The notes beneath the pieces were generated by a model, which saw only the letters and a list, made by a program, of their open reading frames with translations, was not told where the DNA came from and did not search any database. A program made the translations under genes and the position numbers. DNA of 63,020 nt, the filler included, from Octopus bimaculoides (Eukaryota): assembly GCF_001194135.2 (NCBI RefSeq). It is 6 parts of 6 records of this genome, joined end to end, with 100 filler letters (N's around TTAATTAATTAA, not from the genome) between each part and the next. Parts side by side here need not be neighbours in the genome. Positions count along the whole stretch, not along the records: positions 1 to 24,042 come from NC_068995.1; 5 more parts are not named here. One strand, 5' to 3'. The stretch's first letter is position 1, and every line of letters begins with the position of its first letter. Of this stretch, positions 1-12,479 are shown in pieces.

Positions 1-80
1 AGTAAGTATCCGTGTAAAGTAATCCTTGTGGGAATTTTCCGGAAAATTCCCACAAGGATTACTTTACACGGATACTTACT
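1..80. repeat. Perfect 80-bp palindrome (40-bp arms, no loop), possibly continuing left of the window
   Basis: 1-40 AGTAAGTATC...GGAATTTTCC is the exact reverse complement of 41-80 GGAAAATTCC...GATACTTACT. Confidence 0.97.
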
Positions 81-208
81 ACTGGAATGAAACTACACTC
101 CAAGTACTGTTCTTTCTTTCTTTCTTTTTTCAGTGCATCACACTCACTCTCACTTCATACTATAACTCTCTGCCTATGGATATAATAATCGATTCCTTTA
201 CTATTTCT

Positions 209-257
209 GTCTCCGATGAAGGGAAGTCCTGGATCTTCCCAGAAACAGCTGTAAGAC
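209..257 (+). ncRNA. Minimal type I hammerhead ribozyme (PLE pLTR type), U4C core variant
   Basis: Stem I GTCT(209-212)/AGAC(254-257); core CCGATGA 213-219; stem II GGGAAG/CTTCCC; GAA 242-244; palindromic stem III ACAGCTGT 245-252; GUA cleavage triplet. Confidence 0.75.
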
Positions 258-1149
258 TATCCATAAAATATATTTCCAACTTTACCATTGCTGTCTTTAT
301 CTTTTTATATATTTATACATATATATATATATATATATCTTTACATATAATTCCAAGAGAGTTAGAGGTTGTGAATCCAACCAACTAAGGGATAATATCT
401 ATCCAATATACTGCTGGCATAATACCCAATTATTCTTCACAAGTGTTTTTTTATTGTGTGGCAATTACACTCCTGAATGTAATAAATGGGTGAGGGTAAA
501 AATTTATTTTACTCTTAATTTGTATGGCAACAAGAAAACGGAGGGAATCAAGAGGTCATATTCATCAACTTTTTAGACGTGATATAATGTTTATTTATTT
601 ACTTTTTAGAAAAGAACAATTATAACAATATACATAGATGTGTAACAGATTATGCTTTACATATATAAAAATACCAGTAATTATTAAAACAGAGAACAAA
701 GAAAGTAGAATAGTTTCTTACAGCTGTTTCAGCCAAGAGGCCACAGTACCCCCACTTTACTTCCATCCCTTCAGTGAACTGAAGTATTTGGTAGATAAAA
801 TTAAGGTACTTTGGTGTGCCTCTGGGCTTCGTCAAAGAATTTAGAAAGTTCATCAGGTTAAGTTATAAATATAAATACATACATATATACACACTTTTAC
901 ATATACATATATATATATACACATAAATATATATAAATACATATCCATATATTTATATATATATGTATATGCATGCAACGGAATCAATTATTATTATTAT
1001 TAGGTGTATTATATTATTCTTATTAGATAAAGTATAAACAGAGGTAGGAGAAAATTATCAAAAGAGAAATAATAGTGGAATTTAAATAGTCAATCTAGCT
1101 TAATGGTATTGTAGTTTTGTAGGAATGAAAAGGTATATAAATGAGGAAT

Positions 1150-1182
<33 letters not shown>

Positions 1183-1312
1183 CACACACACACACACATA
1201 TATATATTTACGTACAAACACACCCATAGGCACATATATTTCATGTGTTGAGAAGGGAGGATTACTATAGTAGTTCGTATTTTTCTTTTCATATAATCAT
1301 AATTATACACAA

Positions 1313-1366
<54 letters not shown>

Positions 1367-2634
1367 ATGCGATATGTTTTCTATTGAGGGCTTGAGACAA
1401 AGGTCCACAATAAGTGGGTTAGAGTTTATATTGATACTTGTGACATTAGTCGGTACTAAAAGTAATAAATTTCAAGGTATTAATCAAGATACTTTATTAT
1501 TTTCCCTTACTTTTTGTTTATTGAGTTGCTGAAACCCTGTGGGAAGTGGGGAGGGGGTTATGGTCAGTCCTGTAATCTAATTGGTCATCTATTGTTTTGA
1601 AAGGCCCTGACTTTGTTATTTTTGGTTAATGGATAACCTGTAACATAAACAACAAAGTACGCAAAAATATATAAATGTATGCAAATAAAAAACATATATT
1701 CCAAGGTTAACTATTAGTAGGTAGGATAGTAAAAATCAATATAGGGGCTTGACTCTATTATATTATATTAAATTAAGTTGTTAAATTACGAAATATATAA
1801 GTAAAATGTGGATGAATTTATATATATATATATATATTAGTATTTTAGGTTAAAGTGATATTTCTAAGGAGATGTGGTTTTAATAGACTGCATATGAAAG
1901 ATAAGTTATTACAAAGTTATTAAAAAACAGTATATAATAACACATGTATCTGTCTAATTAGGGAATCATTTGCATATTTACTAAACCATATAGATAATAC
2001 AGGGTATAAAATTATATGTTGGAAGTTATTCAGACCAAATTCAAATAGGGGACAACAGACCAAAAGTGACCATACGAGTTGTTTATCCAAGTTGTTTATC
2101 CAAGTTGTTATTTATCATTAAAATTATGTTTAAAATGAATTCTCTGATAAAATACATTAATTACAATGCTCCATGCAACAGTGTTGAGTTACTTAATTAA
2201 TGAACCAACTCAATATATATCTTTATATATACTCTTTTATATATGTACCTACATATTACTAAATTGTCATTATTTATCGCTAAAATTATGTTTAAAATCT
2301 ATTTTACCTGACAAAATGCCTCAAATGTAAGGCTTTTATGTAATAGTGTTGAGTCACTTAATTAATGAACCAATCAGTCCTTTAAAATATTTATCCGTCT
2401 ATTTATTCAGTTAATTATTTTTAATGTTATAATTAAGTGGTATGGGGGGTGGGGGTGGTTAACTATAAGTAGAATGAAGGGAGGTAACTCTGGGTTATTA
2501 AGATCTAAAATCAGAATAATAATAATATACTCAAATATTCAGGTCCATTATTAACTCAATCAATTTATTTATCTATTGGTTCTGCAATAGGGTTGCATAT
2601 CAATGCCTGTATCTATATACATAGATATGTATAT

Positions 2635-2679
<45 letters not shown>

Positions 2680-2682
2680 CTT

Positions 2683-2916
2683 TTTGAGCGTAGCCGTTGC
2701 CAGTACCCTGTGACTGGCCATCATGCTGGTGGCACGTAAAAGCACCCACTACACTCTCGGAGTGGTTGGCATTAGGAAGGGCATCCAGCTGCAGAAACTC
2801 TGCCAGATCAGATTGGAGCCTAGTGCAGCCTTCTGGCTTGCCAGTCCTCAGTCAAACTATCCAACCCATGCTAGCATGGAAAGCAGACGTTAAACGATGA
2901 TGATGATGATGATGAT
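2683..2916 (+). mobile_element. Short retroposon 3' end (RTE-tail/SINE-like) ending in a (GAT)n tail
   Basis: GC-richer island ending GTTAAAC(GAT)n; the same terminal motif recurs near 58400. Family assignment is from recollection of octopus repeats. Confidence 0.7.
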
Positions 2917-3386
2917 ACACAATCACACACACACACATATATATATATACTAGCTTATATAAAAAAAAACCTGATTAAGTCCAAAGGGTAGTACTAGATA
3001 ATGCTATTACTTTATATACTTGTGGGGTGTAATTTAATGTAAATCATAGGCTAGTTAATGTTTATCTGTTAAAGGTACCAGCAACAAACACAAACACACA
3101 TACCCAAACCTACATATGTGTGCATATATGAATATATATAGATACACAAGTGCATGCACATAGATACACATATACACACATACCCACATATATTAATACA
3201 AAAGTAGTAACAATAGTAGTATATACTCACACATACATAGATATAATTATAGCTAACTTAATATATACCCTATTTTATATACCTGCATAATTATCATATA
3301 TTATATATAATACAGTATAACATCAATAATAACTTGAATAATAATAATTACTATTATGTCAGTATGGGCTTTTTAATACTAGGTGC

Positions 3387-4836
3387 TAGTCGTATTTGGA
3401 AAAGGTTTGCCCAGTTTTATGAAGACAGGAAACGTGTTCTTTAAAGCTATTAACAAGCAGAATTTTAGCACCAATTATAAAGAAAATTTCCTTAATACAT
3501 AACATACAATTTCTATTATATATTATATGCTGGGGCTGTTGTTAATATTTTCCAATTTAAATTATAGTTAATTCCCCCATCCTTAAGTTCCTATATATAT
3601 AGCTACTTAATCCTGTAGAATTCCTCCTATTTCTGTTTCTAAATGTATAGTTATGATAATTAAGCCTCCGTTTCATATTGTTTTTGTTGCACCCACACAT
3701 ACCTTGCTGTCATATTGTGTACTTACTATACATTGATACAGTACCTCCTTTCTAATGCAGTTATTATTAAATACACAATTATTACTTATTCTACAATCAC
3801 ATGTTCTCTGTGGCTGTGTGGGGTCTATGTTAATGGGGTTGACAGGTATTATATTATTAGTTCTGTGGCTATTGTTGATCCCAATAATGTTATTCTTGCA
3901 TATACTATTGTGATCATTAATGTTAGTATTATTATTATTATTATTATTATTATTGGTTAGGATAATTTTATTCTATTATTATTTTCCCTTACATTGTTGT
4001 TGTTATTATTATTATCATTATTGTCATTATTATTATTACCTCTGCCAAGGAAGAAGGTTATGTTTCTATCAGCATTGATTTGTTCGTCTGTCCGTATGTG
4101 TGCAAAATAACCCAAAAAGTTGTGAACAGTATTCAATGAAACTTGCAGGAAAGGTTAGAAATGACACAAGGAAGAGATGATGAAATTTTGGTAGTGATCC
4201 GGGAATTTTTATGGATTTTTGAAGGATTTTTCATTTGATATATTTACTTTACATGAAGTATTACAATGTTACGTTCTTTGATTATCTCCCTTGAAAACAC
4301 GTTCATAGTTTTTACGTAACCTATGGTGGTGTTGCTGTTTCCAAAGTTTTATTTTCGTTTCTCTATTAGTAATTTTACTTACGCATCTATCTTACTAGAA
4401 ACTGATGGATAAAGAGATCAAACAAGATAAACAAACAGCAGCGAAACAGTTCAGAAATTAAATGACACTAACATATTCAATGGTTGCTAAAAGCATCAGC
4501 AGAGGAGGAGGCAGTGGTAGCAACAACTGATGCTGGACCCTTGAGGGATGATTGATACTATACTGATCACAGAGGGATGTAAAGTAGGTAGGTAGGTTTA
4601 GTTTGGTAAGGTTAGGGTTAGGTTTTTTTAAAAAAAATCATATGGCTGTAATTTGTTTTTACCCACCGCCAAGGAGGTTATGTTTTTGCTGGTGTTGGTT
4701 TGGGAAATTGGGCGATTTTCAGCATGCGTGTATATGGGTAGAAATGAGCTGCTTGGCAGAGGTCTGTGCTCTCCGAGTGCTTTTCTAGTTATTATTGTTA
4801 TCACCAGCCATGCTATTTCTATTATTATTATTATAG

Positions 4837-4868
<32 letters not shown>

Positions 4869-5290
4869 TGTGTTTGTATTACTTCTGTTATTTTTTCTAC
4901 TAAGATAGGTGTCCAGTTTTCTATTGTTAATTGAGGAGATGATGGTAGCTAGGTTATGTGTTAAATTATATCCTATTTTTATTGTTTTGTTATTGATTAT
5001 CTCCCAATATTTGTTTTTTCCATTTGTAAAATGTTTGCTAATTAAACTGAAAATTGTTTTTACTATGTTATTCTTGATTTGCACAGCAAAAGGCATTATT
5101 AGCCATAGAGTATCCATTTCATTATTTCTCTTATTAGGGTTACTTATATTATGTGTAAAGTCTCAGTTATTATTCTTATTTTTTATATTTAATAATACTA
5201 TTTTTGTTATAATTTTTACTATTATTGCTAATAATCTTACTATTGTTATTATTATTATTGTTGTTATTATGTCTTATTATTTTTCATGGG
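3387..5290 (-). mobile_element. Degenerate PLE 3' portion: thumb/linker plus GIY-YIG endonuclease, interrupted by a Helentron-type insertion
   Basis: ORF 4785-5117(-) DTLWLIMPF...LISKHF...TIKIGYN...IISSINNRKL resembles the PLE IWFNPPF..LI.KHF..T.K.SY..II..HN linker. 3830-3390(-) reads RTCDCRISNNCVFNNNCIRKEVLYQC...VGAT...STGLSSYI...WKILTTAPAYN..NCMLCIKE (GIY-YIG, frameshifted). Confidence 0.8.
4038..4790 (+). mobile_element. Non-autonomous Helentron-associated (HINE/DINE-1-like) element
   Basis: Perfect 12-bp subterminal inverted repeats ACCTCTGCCAAG (4038-4049)/CTTGGCAGAGGT (4752-4763), followed by a short hairpin GCTCTC-C-GAGTGC and CTAGTT. Lies in a TT-rich site with no TSD. A second 5'-end copy sits at 4661-4690. 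Confidence 0.7.
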
Positions 5291-5598
5291 TTGTCTTATA
5301 TTTTTATATACATACATATATATATATATATACATACATATATATATATATATATACATATATATATAAATACATAAATATATACATACATATATGGGAG
5401 AATATACGAAAAAACAACAACAGACGAGGACAGGTGGTGTAAATAACAAAAGGATGTATTAGTATGACGCACACATATACATACATATATACATAAATAT
5501 ATATACATATATATATATATATACATACACATATATATATACATAAATATATATACATATATGTACACATATATATATACACACGCACATATATATAT

Positions 5599-5630
<32 letters not shown>

Positions 5631-6140
5631 CAACAACATGTGTTATAACAGTATTCTACATGTGACCAGTGTTCAGCTAGGCCTGACATTTCTTTCTTGG
5701 TTCGACTACCATCCATGCAGCATCTATATTTCTCCCACTACCTATTAAATCCTATGTCCCAGCCATAAGGCTTTACTTCCACACACACCAGCTTAATTTA
5801 ATTTGTCCTTATTCGAAAGACACCTGTTGTTATGTCCTGTTTATTGCATTTGTATTTGTGTAACATTTCTCTGTTTTTTTCCATCCTTGTTTTTGTATGC
5901 ATTCACTGCTTTCTTCCAAGAAATTTAATGCCCTTAGCTTAGTTTTTCCTTGGGGCTGGCCAGATTGGAGATAACTCGAGTATAACAAGCCAAAATTACA
6001 AAGATAATCTGGAACTTGACTGAGTATAGAAAACTCCAAATGACCCATCTTTGTTTTCTTTGTATCGTCTGTCTGGATGTTTTGTTGTCCCTTTCTTGTA
6101 TCACCTGTCTGGATATTTTTGCATTCTTGTCCCATTTTTG

Positions 6141-6175
<35 letters not shown>

Positions 6176-6878
6176 ATACATATACTGTTGTGCCTGGGGA
6201 GAGTCATTTTTCTTTTGGTGCCTTATAATTTAACACACTTACCGGTAAAACTTCCACTTATTTCTTTTTTATTTTTCTAAAATTTTCATTGTGTCTTGCA
6301 ACCATTTCATACATGCTTGCATGTATGTATGCATGTGTGTGTATGCATGTATGTATGTGTGTGCATATGTATTTATGTGTGTACATTTGTATGTATGTAT
6401 TCTGTATATTCATGTTTGTGTTTTTATGTATGTGCATGTGTGTGTGTGTTTTGCAACTATGTACCGTGTTTGTATGTATGGATGTGCATCTCCATATGTG
6501 TGGATGTGTGTCTCCATATGTGTCCGTGTGTGAAGTAAAGTGTGTGTGTGTATATATATATGGTCCTATGTTTCAGTCTTCATTTGCATATGTGTGCTTG
6601 TTTGTTCATATAACCTATGTAACTATCCGTCTGCATGTTGATCTGTTTACTTTCATATTCATATGCTTACATACATGTGCATATACATATATATATTCAT
6701 ACACCAACCCACATACACATACATACATCTATCTACATATATGTATATACATACATACATACATACATACATACATACATACATCTACATAATAGCCCAC
6801 TACTGTACCTGTGTAAATTGTGGGTATGGGGGTATGATATCTACTATGTATATTTCCTATTAACCACTATATGCCCAT

Positions 6879-6992
6879 GGACATATGGCGCAGTGGTTAA
6901 GAGCGCGAGCTACTAACCCCAAGATTCCAGGCAGTGACCTGAACAACAACAACAACACCAACGAAAAATACCTAAGGAATGAGAACCCAGTT
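6879..6992 (+). mobile_element. tRNA-derived SINE 5' part (A box intact, B box apparently deleted), 3'-truncated
   Basis: GGACATATGGCGCAGTGGTTAAGAGCGCGAGCTACTAACCCCAAG is a tRNA-like head. It is followed by (AAC)n and GGAATGAGAACC (6976-6987), which is also present at 49748-49759. Confidence 0.7.
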
Positions 6993-7849
6993 AGAGAGAG
7001 AGAGAAAAAAGAGATAGAGAGTGAGAGAGAGGTATGTATGTGTGTATTTGTGTTTGTATATATATATGTGTTATATATATTTATGTATGTATTATATGTA
7101 TGTATATTTAGAATAATAAGGTAGTCAGAATGTTGGATGGTTATACTTTTTATTTACATTTTATTTCTTCCCTTATTGGATTTATCAAAAAGTAGTTTAA
7201 AGTAAGATTTATTGGCCTTTTTATATATAAAGAATTTTGTGAGGTTTGCCAAGCAAGGGAAAAGAAAGAAGAAAAAGTTTATTTGAGAACAAGGGAGAGG
7301 TAAAGAGGAGTAGCTTTTGTATTGGTATAGTCAGATTTGTTTGTTTAGTACTTAGTGGCCTTTTAAGGTGGGGAAGGAAAAAGAATTTTTGTATTTGAAT
7401 TGGTCAAAGTTTTAATTGAAAAATCAGATGCACTTCCAGGTCTTGTTCTTTTGAATTCATTAAAGAATAGTTATATGGATGTGGTCAACTTTCTTTGATT
7501 GAAATTCTAGATGTTTTTGAAATTTGGTAAGTTTTGGTCATTTTAGCCACTACTCTTGATTTTTGTCCAAGGGTTTGTCCTTCAAACTGCAAAATGGACT
7601 TTTAAAGAAAGCAATACACAATGCTGTCACAATTACATTTCCAAATTCATCTATTTGTGGTTGGATGTTTTGTTTTGAATATATTTTAAAGCTCCAACCT
7701 ATAATTTTCTAAAGGAGAAAGAGAGACAAGTACAGAAGAGGGAATGCAGCTGTTCTTATAGAATTTCGGAATCTGGAGTGTTTTGCAAGGTCCAATAACA
7801 ATGTGGTAAAAAGGTTTTAGTAATGGTTTGAGATCATCTTTAACATACA

Positions 7850-10282
7850 ATCAAATTCATACAGAATTCTCATAGGTGGAGGAACACATGGGAAGAAAGA
7901 CAAGCAAAATACAAACAACCATTAACCCATAATACTAGACAACCTAGACTGATGAACACATGGAACAAGAGACAGGTGAAGAACAAGCAACACAGAGACT
8001 ATAACATAAAAAATCATAATGAAGACACAAGAAACCTACAATATATGACCACCAATCCTATATGGCTCAACAAATGTAGGAGATGGGAAGAAAACAACTA
8101 ATATGGACAATGAAATATATACAGACAACATGAACTGTTCCTTCACTCACAAAGACGCCTGAACCCCAGAAATAGAAATTGGAGCATAACAATACAACCC
8201 ATTTTTAAGGGAGAAAATATTACAACTGTGCTCTAGACCTAATACAGTAGAAGTTCCTAATGAACCCAGAAAACACATAGACCCTAAAATTATAAATTCA
8301 TCAAATAGAGACCTCAATGAAAATGAAATGAGTCTCTTACTAAAAAGTTTCAAATTTACCCTCACACCCACTCCGAATCTCATAGAACTAAAAACCAATA
8401 TTGAGAACTTCAACCATCACCTCTGTCTTCTAGAATTCTTCAACAACAAGACAGTAAAAGATGAAGCAATCATAAAAAAAAAATCTCATTTCACCCCCTT
8501 CGAAATTCCCTCTCAGTACCTGTAACTACAAACAGAACCTTCAGGAAGGAGAAAAAGAAGCTTTACAAAAACTAAAGAACAACAATTCAATCACCCTGAA
8601 GGACGCTGACAAGGGTGGGGTGATAGTAATCATGGACACAGACTACTACAAAGAAAAAATACTAGAAATTTTAACAGATCAACCATACTATAAGGAAGAA
8701 TCAAGACACCCAGAAAAAACAACACTAAATAAAATCAGGACATTAATTAACGAATACCAGGACTCCTTCACAGATAAAGAAAATAAAGCAATTTCTATGG
8801 ATTGCCCAAAATCCACAAAAGTTCCGAGATACAGAGGGCCATAAATGAACAGAGGAGTCAATACATCAAAACACAAAGACCCACAGACCTCAAAATGAGA
8901 CTGATAGTTGCTGGGCTCCAGGCCCCAACACAACAACTGAGTCGCCTCTTGGACATACACCTCAAACTTTTATACCCATTAATACCCAGCTATATAGAGG
9001 ATGACTTGGACTTCCTCAAATACATCCCAACCTCTATACCAACATACCGCATACCTTAGGCCTGGAAGTGGTCAAACACTGGTAAGAGAAAAACAGATGT
9101 ATAGATCAATGTTTCAAAACAGACTTCATCACCAAAGCCACTCCTCTAGTACTAGAAGTAAACACCTTCAGATTTGATAAGATATACCAACAGATAAAGA
9201 GCATGGTTATGGGTACGAAATTTGCACCCTCATATGCCAACTTAGTCATGGGTTACCTAGAAAGTAGACTTTATGAGGAAGTAGAAAAACCTTTGATCAC
9301 AACTTTAAGGAAAACATCATGAAGAAGTGGAAGCACTACCTCGATGACTGCTTCATTTTTTTGGGATAAACCAAAAGAAGACCTACAAACATTTCACAAC
9401 ACCCTCAACACACTGTATCCCTCTATCAAATCTACAACATAAATCAGCTACAATGAACTACCATTCCTAGACATTCACTTCAAAATAGACAACTCCTTTG
9501 TCACACCAATATTTAAATTTTTACCCTTACCACCCCTCACACATCAAAAGGAGCATCCCATACAGTTAGGCAAGATGCATTTGTACCACAATAACTGACC
9601 CACAAATATGCCAAGTTAGACTTGATGAACTCAAAAACTTCTTACAAGAACAAAATTACCCTGTGAAACTTATAAATAATGGAATCTCTAAAGCAATGAA
9701 ATTAGACATCATACAACTTGAGACTCCAAAAGAAAAAAAAAGGAACATACTGTTCCATTTACTAACATACAATCTTGGAATAACCAATATTTTTCATAAT
9801 ATACAATCAAACCTACCAATATTCTTATAGAGCCCCAAAATGAGAAAACTGACAGACAAAAGCTACCTGTGAAATAGTAACCTTAACAAACAACTTACAA
9901 GAGCAACATTCATGTCAGAGAATGAAACAGAATTCTCCACAAAGGAATGTAGAAACAGCAGATGTGGAATATGCAACAACAACTACAAACATATAGATGG
10001 GGACACCCACATAAAATTTAAGAGTGGATTCTTATTCAGCGTAAATGTAAATAGGAACTGCAAGATGCAAAACCTCATATACTGCATTACTTGCCCTAAA
10101 TTCAAAGAGAAGTATATTAGTGAAACCAATAATTCCCTTTGACAATGCACAAGAATCCACAGACAGCACATCTGACAAGAGGAGCTACAGAAAATTCCAT
10201 TAAGCAAACATTTGGAAATATGTGGAGAACAAAAATTCAATATCTTCCCCTTCTACAAATGCTCAAGGAACGACCCAAACTG
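7850..10282 (+). mobile_element. Degenerate Penelope-like element, RT plus GIY-YIG endonuclease
   Basis: Motifs in order across frameshifts: KFTLTP, DADKGGVIVIMD..Y, MPKIHK...LIVAG..APTQQLS, MGTKFAPSYANLVMGYLE, YLDDCFIF, LPFLDI, HP.HIKRSIPY, CRNSRCGIC, QNLIYCITCPKFKEKYISET. Confidence 0.92.
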
Positions 10283-11835
10283 CATCACTCTGGTGTTGGT
10301 TTTGCCATCAAGACAGAAATAGCTACATTCCTTCTTTCTCTACCCAAAAGTATTTCTGATCGCATCATGACACTAAGGTTAGAACTTAATGACAATACTC
10401 ATGCTACACTTATCAGTTGCTATGCCCCAACCATAGCCACCACTAAGCAGGAAAAGGAGGAATTTTACAACCAGCTCCCTGATGTCATCTCCAATTGTCA
10501 CCATAGGGATAAACTTATCCTTATGGGTGACTTGAACGCTCATGTTGGTACTGACTATCAGGCATGGGAGAGTGTACTTAGTCGGCATGGTGTAGGTCAA
10601 ATGAACTCCAACGGTCTGCGTGTGCTCGCTATCTGCAGGGAATTCAGTCTAAGCATCACAAATACCATTTTTCAACAGTGAAATTGTTGTAAGACGACCT
10701 GGATGCATCCTAGATCTAAGTATTGGCATCTCATAGACTATGTTAACACAAAGAAATGAGATATTAGGGACTTTAATATTACACGTTCTTTTCATAACAC
10801 GTGCTATCTCTCAGACCATTCTCTTTGCATAGTAAAGCTATGTGCCATCTGAAACACATGAGACTACAGAAGTCATCAGTGCCTAAGCTCATTAATGTTC
10901 TGCCTTTGAAAACTGTTGAAAAGCATGCTGAGCTCTCTATCAAGTTGGACACTGCACTCAACACTGTTGATATCAATGATGACATAGAATCATCTTGGAA
11001 GGCTCTGCATGATGCAACACACTCTGTATCTGTAAAAGTACTTGGACATTCTGTTTGTAAACATCAAGATTGGTTCAACGATAACAACACAGATGTCCAG
11101 CAGTTGATAGATAAAATGCACAGCTCTCACAGCACTTGGAAAAATGATAAGGGCTCATCCAGAAAAGAGAATGTCTACAAGAAATGCAGAGGTCAGGTCC
11201 AACATGCTCTGAGACAGATGAAGGAGGCTTATTGGTCTTTCAAGGCTATGAACTCCAAGAAGCTGCAGACAGAAAGGATTCTAAAGCGTTTTATGATGGC
11301 CTCAAGAAAGTGTATAGTCCTCAAGAGTATGGTGTTACTCCTATTTTTTCATCAAATAGAGAGACACTGCTGACTGACAAATCTGACAGCTTGAACCGAC
11401 AGAAAGATCACTTTTAAGCCGTGTTGAACCTCAGTCACTAATGACGACAGTCACTGGAGCCAACCTTTCTGGAAGTGGTAAACTCTATTAAACAGATCTC
11501 TTCTGGTAAAGCACCTGGCAGGGATGTTATCCCTCCTGAAATATGGTGGACAGAAAGTTTTTAAGAAACTGCATGACCTCTTGATAAACATCTGAAAGGT
11601 AGGCTGTGTACCACAGGACTTCAAGGATACCTCAATTCAACATCTGTATAAGAACAAATACAACAGAAGTGTCTGTGTTAATGATTGTAGAATATTGCTT
11701 CTGTCTATTGCTGGTAAGATTCTTGCTTGACTCATTCTTGACAGGATCATCAAACACATTGTAAATGATATCTACCCAGAATCACAGGGTGGATTTTGCT
11801 CTGGTTGTGACATTATCGACATGATATTTTCCTTA
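10283..11835 (+). mobile_element. RTE/BovB-type LINE fragment (APE endonuclease to RT N-terminus)
   Basis: SGVGFAIK...LISCYAPT...LILMGDLNAHVG...NSNGL...ITNTIFQ..KTTWMHPRSKYWHLIDYV, then SSGKAPG, LLSIAGKILA and PESQGGF; multiple stops and frameshifts. Confidence 0.93.
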
Positions 11836-12479
11836 TAATCAATTTGTTTACATTTCCTTTCAAAATAGTATGTCTTAGATAATACATGTAACATGTAAGA
11901 TACACATCAAATATGGAAGACAACATGTAAGAAATATATTCTTGAAGTGTAAATATATATATACTCACAGTTAAATTGTTTATAGCTTCATCTACTATTC
12001 TTATTCTATTGAACCGTAAAAATAAAGTAGTCAGTGAATTGAGTTTATATACAACATCAGGTATCTGAAATTAAATGCAAGAGAAATAAATTTCATGTCA
12101 GTAATGATCTCATCTATAGTTATTAATTATTTGATATTGAGCAAACTCAGCCTCAACTTTTTTAAAACACAGCAGTTTCAAGAACTAATAAGGAAGTAGT
12201 GTTGCCACCATATGAATTGTGAACTGAAACTTAGAGCTTTAAATAAAAAAAAGTCAAACATGTCAATGGAAACATTTTAGCTTTGCAAAATAACTACAAA
12301 TCAGATTGAATGTTTATAATATATTATTATATTTAAATCATATCAAGTTTCACTGAAAAAAACAATAGAGATTATACCTGAGATTGTAAAAATACACACA
12401 CAACCAAACACGTATTATATGAAAGGATCCTTTAAATGGTCAGAAATTTAGGGACACCCTAATTGAGAAATTTGACAAA

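Noticed and set aside
390-480. Minus-strand CNCHT..LCQQYIG resembling a GIY-YIG
   Set aside because: Needs frameshifts and is too short to support.
716-790. Minus-strand CTGAAGG...GAAACAGCTGTAAGA sharing 15 nt with the HHR at 242-256
   Set aside because: The core has G at A9 and I cannot form stem II; at best a decayed relic.
2078-2373. 13-bp tandem repeat and ~100-bp diverged duplication with 162-bp period
   Set aside because: Real, but ordinary local duplication in AT-rich DNA with no functional signal.
4600-4625. GGTTAGGGTTAGG as an interstitial telomere
   Set aside because: Only about two units, inside the Helentron-type element.
7500-7700. Minus-strand KCNCDSIVYCF..QFEGQT resembling a GIY-YIG head-to-head with the 8-kb PLE
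   Set aside because: Weak motif match only and not an inverted copy of that PLE's endonuclease.
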